46,557 nt of DNA, taken from positions 1 to 46,557 of the forward strand of contig DATEGR010000067.1 of the NCBI GenBank assembly GCA_035279985.1. Direction: 5' to 3'. The notes under the pieces were generated by a model. It was not told the DNA's origin. It ran no database searches and worked only from the letters and a program-made list of their open reading frames with translations. The translations under genes and the position numbers were made by a program. Shown one piece after another: positions 44,483 through 46,557 of the stretch (position 1 is the first letter of the stretch; the number at the start of each line of letters is the position of its first letter). The stretch comes from Verrucomicrobiia bacterium (GTDB lineage: Bacteria > Verrucomicrobiota > Verrucomicrobiia > Limisphaerales > UBA11358).

Positions 44483-44896
44483 ATGAGCACACCCTCCGTC
44501 TCGCTGGGATATGTCGTCCTGTATGTCAAGGATGTATCGGCCAGTCTTGCGTTTTACGAAAAGGCCTTCGGTTTTCCCCGACGCTTCTTCAATGATGACC
44601 ACGGGAAAGCCTACGGAGAGTTGGACGCCGGAGCGGCTCGTCTTGCGTTCTACAGCCTGGACCTGGTCAAAGCGGAATTGAAGTTGCCGGAAGTCGTGCT
44701 CGCCTCCCCGGACAAGCCGCCACTGGGATTCGAGATCGCCTTGCTGACCTCTGACGTCCCGGGAGCCTTTGCCCGGGCGGTGGAGGCCGGCGCTACCGCG
44801 GTGAGCGAACCGGCGACCAAGCCTTGGGGTCAGACCGTGGCGTGCCTGCGAGACAAGGACGGTCACCTGATTGAGCTTGCCACGCCCATGCCATGA
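44483..44896 (+). CDS. VOC-family protein (glyoxalase/bleomycin-resistance/dioxygenase fold)
   Basis: 137 aa. LGYVVLYVKDVSASLAFYEKAFGF ... PWGQTVACLRDKDGHLIEL, typical of the paired beta-alpha-beta-beta-beta VOC fold. Confidence 0.75.
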   Translation: MSTPSVSLGYVVLYVKDVSASLAFYEKAFGFPRRFFNDDHGKAYGELDAGAARLAFYSLDLVKAELKLPEVVLASPDKPPLGFEIALLTSDVPGAFARAVEAGATAVSEPATKPWGQTVACLRDKDGHLIELATPMP

Positions 44897-44917
44897 CGCC
44901 TGACAAATCGCAGGCAT

Positions 44918-44961
44918 TTGAACCATTGGAGAATTGGCGGAGCCAGGACGGCGGGTGCCCG
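44918..44961. repeat. Intergenic 44-nt repeat, copy 1
   Basis: TTGAACCATTGGAGAATTGGCGGAGCCAGGACGGCGGGTGCCCGC matches 45548..45591 at 37 of 44 positions. Begins 22 nt after the VOC gene stop. Confidence 0.6.
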
Positions 44962-45017
44962 CGCCCCGCGTGCCCGAGCTCAGAATGTTGGCCTGCCAGA
45001 AAGAGGATTATGAGACC

Positions 45018-45551
45018 ATGAATCCAAAGATCGTTATCCGGAACGAGACGCGTGATGATGTTGGCGCGATTACTGACGTGACGATCGCAGCTTTCAAGGC
45101 CCTGGAGATCAGCCACCACACGGAGCAGTTTATCATCGAGGCGCTACGTGCCGCCAAAGCGCTGACGGTATCGCTGGTCGCAGAAACGGATGGCGGGGTG
45201 ATCGGGCATATTGCTTTCTCTCCCGTGACCATTTCCGACGGCACCCCGAACTGGTACGGCCTTGGGCCGGTTTCAGTGTTGCCGGAGCACCAGCGGAAGG
45301 GCATCGGCAAAGCACTGATAACAGAAGGGTTGTCACGTCTGAAAGAGTTGAACGCTCAAGGATGTTGTCTCGTGGGGCACCCGGATTACTACAAGAAATT
45401 CGGATTTAAAAACATGTCTGGACTTGTGCATGAGGGAGTGCCACCGGAGGTCTTCTTCGCCCTGTCTTTCGACGGGCGTACTCCGCAGGGCACCGTCGCT
45501 TTTCACGAAGGATTCAAAGCGGATGGCCAACCTATCGTTGCCGGCAATTGA
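45018..45551 (+). CDS. GNAT-family N-acetyltransferase
   Basis: Acetyl-CoA binding motif HQRKGIGKALI and about 177 aa. ATG 45018 chosen because the track's upstream extension (from 44934) translates the intergenic repeat. Confidence 0.8.
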   Translation: MNPKIVIRNETRDDVGAITDVTIAAFKALEISHHTEQFIIEALRAAKALTVSLVAETDGGVIGHIAFSPVTISDGTPNWYGLGPVSVLPEHQRKGIGKALITEGLSRLKELNAQGCCLVGHPDYYKKFGFKNMSGLVHEGVPPEVFFALSFDGRTPQGTVAFHEGFKADGQPIVAGN

Positions 45552-45591
45552 GCCATTGGGGAAATGGCGAAGCCGGAACGGCGGGTGGCCG
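45548..45591. repeat. Intergenic 44-nt repeat, copy 2
   Basis: TTGAGCCATTGGGGAAATGGCGAAGCCGGAACGGCGGGTGGCCGC. Overlaps the GNAT stop codon at 45549-45551. Confidence 0.6.
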
Positions 45592-45814
45592 CCTGTCCCA
45601 TCGGTTCGTTGCGCCGAAGCCCGACGAAAACGGAAACCTCAGAGCGAAAACGGATGCTGAGTCACGGCGTGCGCGGCGAGGATTGAAACCATCCAATGCC
45701 AGAGGTTCCTCCCTTTCAAACTGCATCATTTTTTGGCATAAAATTCCCCATATTGGTGGATTGTCAGACTTAAAAGCAGGGTTAAGATAAGAAGCAGTTC
45801 TGATAGGACAATCC

Positions 45815-46557
45815 ATGACAGCGCGGCGGCCATCCCGTTTACGTCTGGCGGTTTGTTTGTTCGCTATAGGTTTTCTTTTCCCGCACACCAGCCGCGGCGC
45901 CAATGCCCAGGTTCTGGGTTGGAACAACCTCGGCATGCACTGCATGGACAGCGATTACTCGGTGTTTTCCATCCTGCCCCCCTACAACACCATCGAAGCC
46001 CAGCTCATCGTCGGCGGACTGCTGGTTACGAACGGCGGCTACACCGTCACCTACCAGGCGGTGGCCGACCCCGCCGGTTCGTTCAATTCCACCGCGGCGG
46101 GCAAAGGCAATTTCTTCAACTTCGCGCTGCCGCTGTTTGGCGCCAATCTCCCTGCCGACGCCGGATTGGCCGGTTGGAATATGCCCGGCCTCAACAACAC
46201 GCCACAAGGCATGTTGTTCGAGCAAACCAACACACCCGTTCCGCCGCTTCCCGGCGTCACCACACCGGTCAACTGGTGGCGCGCCGAGGGAATTCCGATT
46301 TCACCTTACGACGATGCCCTCAAAAAAAATCCTTATCCGCTCATGTTGCTCGTGGCGCGTGACGCCGGGAACAACATCATCGCGACGAACCAGATTGTCC
46401 TGCCCATCTCCGATGAAATGGATTGCCGTGCCTGTCATGGTTCGGGCACGCAAACGGCCGCCGAGCCGCTGGCCGGCTGGGTCTGGGACGGCTTGCCCGA
46501 ACGCGATTTCCGGCTGAACATCCTTCGCCTGCACGACGAGCGACAGTTCTCGCAGTT
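45815..46557 (+). CDS. Secreted protein with a CxxCH haem-binding motif, 3'-truncated by the window edge (absent from the ORF track)
   Basis: By manual translation the frame is open from ATG 45815 to the last base. It reads MTARRPSRLRLAVCLFAIGFLFPHTSRGANAQVLGWNNLGMHCMDSDYSVFSILPPYN ... DEMDCRACHGSG ... NILRLHDERQFSQ. Signal peptide present. CRACH lies at 46424..46438. Confidence 0.7.
   Translation, partial: MTARRPSRLRLAVCLFAIGFLFPHTSRGANAQVLGWNNLGMHCMDSDYSVFSILPPYNTIEAQLIVGGLLVTNGGYTVTYQAVADPAGSFNSTAAGKGNFFNFALPLFGANLPADAGLAGWNMPGLNNTPQGMLFEQTNTPVPPLPGVTTPVNWWRAEGIPISPYDDALKKNPYPLMLLVARDAGNNIIATNQIVLPISDEMDCRACHGSGTQTAAEPLAGWVWDGLPERDFRLNILRLHDERQFSQ

Overview
GC-rich bacterial chromosomal window. 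Two DUF1559/H-X9-DG prepilin-like proteins, a PEP-CTERM protein, an ECF sigma factor paired with a Ser/Thr kinase, and several giant secreted repeat proteins suggest the PVC superphylum, probably Verrucomicrobiota (inference). I saw no rRNA, tRNA, CRISPR array, transposase or integrase.

Layout:
(1) 259-13201: galactan-type glycoside hydrolase locus. A GH2 gene lies divergent from GH53, a clan GH-A hydrolase and a second GH2, which are translationally coupled to a PA14-containing sensor kinase and a NarL-type response regulator.
(2) 13330-19738: PEP-CTERM protein, prepilin-like DUF1559 protein, a 908-aa three-module surface protein and a second GH53.
(3) 19856-27753: molybdate uptake and molybdenum cofactor island: truncated ModE-like regulator, ModE-box palindrome, outer-membrane barrel, modABC, moaD, a moaE-moeA fusion, moaC, mog and moaA.
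(4) 28068-35697: ECF sigma, tail-anchored Ser/Thr kinase, a second DUF1559 protein, an 1106-aa PD40-repeat protein and a convergent GH5.
(5) 35861-46557: gatB, an 811-aa beta-propeller protein, a GMC oxidoreductase pair, a serine hydrolase, a VOC protein, a GNAT and a truncated CxxCH protein that is missing from the ORF track.

Main hunt results:
- A perfect 75-nt REPIN-like double palindrome sits in frame inside gatB.
- Five secreted proteins share an unassigned C-terminal domain ending in F-Y-R, and a decayed sixth copy is present.
- The cassette of prepilin-like protein plus giant protein with that domain occurs twice, each time beside its own regulator pair and a hydrolase carrying the same domain.
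- A 16-29-nt motif is conserved upstream of three genes around the two-component system.
- The sensor kinase has an apparently permuted PA14 segment and six OB-like repeats.

Most long antisense ORFs in the track are GC-driven artefacts.
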